DNA of 64,000 nt from the human T2T-CHM13v2.0 reference genome, Homo sapiens. The stretch is from assembly GCF_009914755.1 (NCBI RefSeq), contig NC_060927.1; one strand, written 5' to 3'. Below the pieces are notes generated by a model that had not been told where the DNA came from, did no database searches, and was given only the letters and a program-made list of their open reading frames with translations. Positions 56,173 through 64,000 of the stretch are shown one piece after another (position 1 is the stretch's first letter; every line of letters starts with the position of its first letter). Made by a program: the position numbers and the translations under genes.

Positions 56173-56469
56173 GAATTTTTAACCTTTCCTTAATTTGGCA
56201 TCACCAATCCCTCCTTTTCTCTGGGGTACTGTAGAAATAAATTGGATCTCCTTATTATATCTGTCTAGACACCCTTTGTGACTTCCTGTGTCTTGCAAAA
56301 TGATTTGCCACATCTGCTTTTTTTCATATTCTCAAATTTGTTGAAATCTTATGCCCTGCTATATAATCTCATCTTTTTTTCATCCTTGGTTTATTACAGC
56401 TTTGGGTTTTGTTTGTTTTGACTATCTTCACTTTTATTGTATTATAGTCCTGAAGAAAAGTACTATCTT

Positions 56470-56769
56470 TTTTTTTTTTTTTTTTTAAGACAGAGTCTTG
56501 CTCTGTCGCCCAGGCTGGAGTGCAATGGCACGATCTCAGCTCACTGCAGCAACCTCCACCTCCCAGGATCAAGCAATTCTCCTACCTCAGCCTCCCATAG
56601 TTGGGATAACAGGCACCTGCTACCACGCCTAACTAATTTTTGTATTTTTAGTAGAGATGGGGTTTCGCCATGTTGGTCAGGCTGGTCTTGAACCCCTGAC
56701 ATCAGGTGATCCACCCACCTCGACCTCCCAAAATGCTGCGATTACAGGCATGAGCCACTGCGCCTGGCT
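56470..56769 (-). mobile_element. AluS
   Basis: TSD gaaaagtactatctt at 56455-56469 and 56770-56784. Confidence 0.95.
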
Positions 56770-56867
56770 GAAAAGTACTATCTTAAATTAGAAAACATCT
56801 AGGTATAACATAAACACACTGTTGGTTAACTAATCAAAACTCAGTATCTGCTCTTACATGGTAAAAT

Positions 56868-57056
56868 AGTGGTTTTCAAATTTTAGTATCCCTCAGATTC
56901 ACCTGGAAATCTTGTTAAAACTCAATATGTGTTTCCCACATCCAGAGTTTCTAATTCAATATATTTGGAACGGGGCTTGAGAATTTGCTTTTCTAATAAA
57001 TTCCCATGTGACGCTCATGATGGTTTTCCAGGGACTTCACTTTAAGAACCATTGCT
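56868..57056. mobile_element. MER5A
   Basis: agtggttttcaaattttagt...cacctggaaatcttgttaaaac...cactttaagaaccattg. Confidence 0.75.
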
Positions 57057-57577
57057 AAGTGTTCTATTTTGCTCAGTTCTTGAAGAACAATATGTTCTTG
57101 AAAGGAATGTCCTAACCCAAAGAACAAATATTGGTTAATTGTCAGTCATAATGAATCCAGCCTCCTTTCTCTGTTATTGGTATGCATTTGGTTATATTAC
57201 TTAGATTTGGCTAAAGAAGAGTCATATTGAGAACTTCTAGGAAAGAGTTTCCTGCTTACTTTTGTATATGTATATTAATATGTATCTGTGATGTGCATAA
57301 GTACATGTACACACACAGCCCATATATACACTTATGTGAAGACTGACTTGTGGTTATAGAATCTATGAGGGTATTTATTTTTGTTCTTTCCACAATTTCT
57401 TACTCAAAACATGCTATCTTTTTTTATTGTTGTCCTCTTCTGCATGGAGGGTTTTATTTCTTTTCAATAGCTCCAAGATTTCCACGGCACCAAGGGGGAA
57501 AAGGTATAACACAGCTTTATGGGAAACAGTAGCAGAAGACGATTTCACTTTGCATCATGGTTCTAACATGTGGGTTA

Positions 57578-58604
57578 AAATTCTGGGTTGGAAATTCTTT
57601 TTTTTAAGAATGTTGAATATTGGCTCCCACTCTCTTCTGGCTTGTAGAGTTTCTGCTGAGAGGTCTGTTTTTATCTGATGGGCTTCCCGTTGCAGGAGAC
57701 CATGCTGTTCTCTCTGGTTGCCCTTAGTAGTTTTTCCTTCGTTTCAGCCTGGGAGAATCTGATGATTATATGTCTTGGGGTTGATCTTCTCGTGGAGTAT
57801 CTTAATGGTGTTCTCTGTATTTCCTTAATTTTCATGTTGGCTTGTTTTGCTAAGTTGGGGAAATTCTCCTGGATGATGATATCATGAAGTGTGTTTTCCA
57901 ACTTCTTTTCATTCTCCCTGTCTCCTCCTCGTACTCCAATCAATCTTAGATTCAGTCTTTTTATAAAGTCCCATATTTCTTGGAGGCTTTGTTCATTCCT
58001 TTTCACTCATTTTTTCTCTATTCTCGTCTGCATGTCTTATTTCAGTAAGGTGCATTTCAAACTCTGATATCCTTTCTTCTGCTTGGTAGATTTGACTATT
58101 GATACTTGTGTATGCTTCATGAAGTTCTTGTGCTGTGTTTTTCAGCTCCATCAGGTGGTTTTTGTTCCTCCCTAAACTGGTTATTCTAGTTAGCAATTCC
58201 TCTAATCTTTTATCAAGGTTCTTAGCTTCTTTGCATTGGGTTAGAACATGCTCCTTTAGCTCAGTGTAGTTTTCTATTACTCATCTTCTGAAGCCTACTC
58301 CTGTCAATTCATCCATCTGATCCTTTGTCCAGTTCTGTGCCCTTGACGGAGAGATGTTGCAATCATTTGGGGGGAGAAGAGGCACTCTGGCCTTTTGGGT
58401 TTTCAGCATTTTTTCACTGATTCTTTCTCATCTTCATGAGTTTGCCTAGTTTCAGTCTTTGAGGCTGCTGACCCTTGCATGGGGTTTTTGTAGGGGCCAT
58501 TTTGTGGGGGCCATTTTTGCGGGGGTCATTTTTGTTGTTGTCAGGTTCCTTTTCTGTAGGGCTGCTGCAGTTTTCTGGGGGTTCACTTCAGGCCCTATTC
58601 ATCT
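57578..58604 (-). mobile_element. Older L1PA ORF1/5'UTR fragment
   Basis: ORF1 peptides (EQSLQEIWDFIKRLNLRLIGV; QENFPNLAKQ). Both ends truncated. Confidence 0.88.
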
Positions 58605-59242
58605 TACATTCCTACTTCTTTACATGCTTCATAACTTGTTGAAAACCATATATTTAGAATAATATAATATGACAACTCTGGAAACTGTATATGCCTCCTC
58701 CCCAGGCTTTGTTGCTGGTGGTGTTTTTCCTATTGTGCATTTGGTTACTTTCCTCAACTAATTATATTAATCTATTTTCTTCATTATGTGTGACCACTGA
58801 CATCTATTCAGTTAGCATAGTAGTCATTCAATAAATGGATATAGTTTTCCTTAAATATGCTGCATAAGTGTATCTCCCAGCCTTTTCCAAAAGGTCCTTT
58901 TTGTGTTTGGGGACACTATTTCAAAGATCCAATAGATGATTTACGGTATTGGCTTAGCTTTCTCTCACTGCTTGCACAGAAACTTAAGGTCAGCCAGACG
59001 AGAGAGATTATTTCTTTTTCAGGTCTTTTCTGGGTATGTGCACAGTTCTGTACGTGCACATTTCCTTCTAAATTTTCAGGAGTATGTCAGAACTTTTAAA
59101 AGCCCCTATTAATATCTCATTCCCCAGATTTTCTTTTTAAGAGATTTTGGTCAGCTTCTTCTATGCCCCAACTATTATTAAGGCCTCACTCAATTGTCAT
59201 GTTAAACAATTACCACTAATTATTTCCCAAAACTGTTATATA

Positions 59243-60270
59243 GCGGGGGCGCCGGGGGGTGCACTGGGCCAAGAAGGCTGACAAGAAGCAGCTGCAATCA
59301 AAGGCTCCCACCAAGAAGAACGAAGACAGTGTGTGAATCCTGCACTGGGAACCGAGGTACCCTCAGGTTCTATCAGGACTGACTAGGCAGTTGGTGTGAC
59401 TCACAGAGAGTAAGGAAATGCAGTGTGGTGCATCGCCTCACCTGAGAGCCACATGGGGCAGGGGGAGCTCCCATTCCCCAGCCAAGGGAGGCGCTGAGTG
59501 TTCATGCTACCCAGCCTGGGGATCTGTGCTTTTTCCATGGATCTGTGCAACCCATGGATCATGAGATCCCACTTGTGAGCCCATGCTACCAGGGCCTTGG
59601 GTCCCAACCGCAGAGCTGCATAGATTCTCAACAGCTACTCAGTTGGCATCTGCCTAGGACTACTGAGCTCCCAGGGGGAGGGGAAGCCTTCATCACTGCA
59701 GCTGCCTGCTGCCTAAGACAACTGAGCTCCCCAGGAAAAGGACAGCAGCCCTCACTGCAGCTGCTAGCTGCCTAAGATGCTGAACTACTGGGAGGAAAGG
59801 GCAGTAGCCATCACTACAGCTCCAGCCCACTGTATTTCCCCGGCTGGTGCCTGGGAGACTCAAAAGGCACTCCCCATAGTACAGCACACCAGCTGTGGCA
59901 GATCACGACCAGACTGCCTCTTTAGGGCAGACCCTGATGCATCCCTCCTTACTGGGTGGGGCCTCCCTGCAAAAACTTCAGCCACTCCAGCAAGGGGCTT
60001 AGGGCCAAAATTCTGGTCTCCCTGGGCCTGAGCCCCTAGGGGGAAGGATAGTCATGGTCTCCATGGACCAGCTGACTTAGTCTTTCCCCCTGGTAGCTCT
60101 GAGGAATCCAGGCAGCCCAGATGAGTGGGATTCCCCTAAGAACAGCACACCTGTTGGACCAAGGGACAGCCAGGGTACTTTGTTAAGTGGGTCTCGGATC
60201 TCATGCCTCCCAGCTGGGTGAGAACCCCCGCAAACAGAGGTCACCAGACACCTTATACCAGAGTGTTGCT
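59243..60270 (+). mobile_element. 5'UTR of an older L1PA (roughly PA10-13 type)
   Basis: ggccaagaaggctgacaagaagcagctgc...ggctcccaccaagaagaacgaa...gtgaatcctgcac. Interrupted at 60270 by a younger L1. Confidence 0.75.
59651..59830 (+). repeat. Three diverged 59-bp tandem units inside the L1 5'UTR
   Basis: Units begin tgccta(g/a)ga at 59651, 59710 and 59769, each followed by ctga(g/a)ct...tcact(g/a)cagct. Confidence 0.8.

Positions 60271-64000
<3,730 letters not shown>

Noticed and set aside
59651-59830. 59-bp periodic array as CRISPR-like
   Set aside because: Diverged tandem units with no unique spacers, inside an L1 5'UTR in eukaryotic DNA.

Overview
Primate (human-like) genomic DNA, AT-rich and dense in repeats. 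It carries most of the phospholipid scramblase 2 gene (PLSCR2) on the minus strand. Six coding exons with canonical GT-AG junctions assemble into a 675-nt ORF (224 aa, MPAPPPPLNCPPGLEYLSQ...DYMFFERTR*). There is also a CpG-island first exon (~52.7-53.1 kb), several candidate 5' exons and a spliced 3'-UTR terminal exon (~16.5-16.7 kb). The rest is L1 (one TSD-flanked near-full-length L1PA, one older rearranged L1MA-like copy, nested L1 5' ends at the right edge), Alus, MaLR/ERV LTRs and DNA-transposon fossils. Most ORFs in the supplied track are repeat-derived or spurious. I found no new protein-coding system. The most notable observations are: a PLSCR1-like start micro-exon and an open N-terminal frame; a strong out-of-frame AUG shadowing the 224-aa start; degenerate ISRE/GAS-like sites in exon 1; a MaLR insertion with two inverted U5 ends inside one TSD; several locally templated insertions; and L1 ORF0/antisense promoters pointing at the gene. 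Comparisons with PLSCR1 and all repeat subfamily names are from memory, not from alignment.
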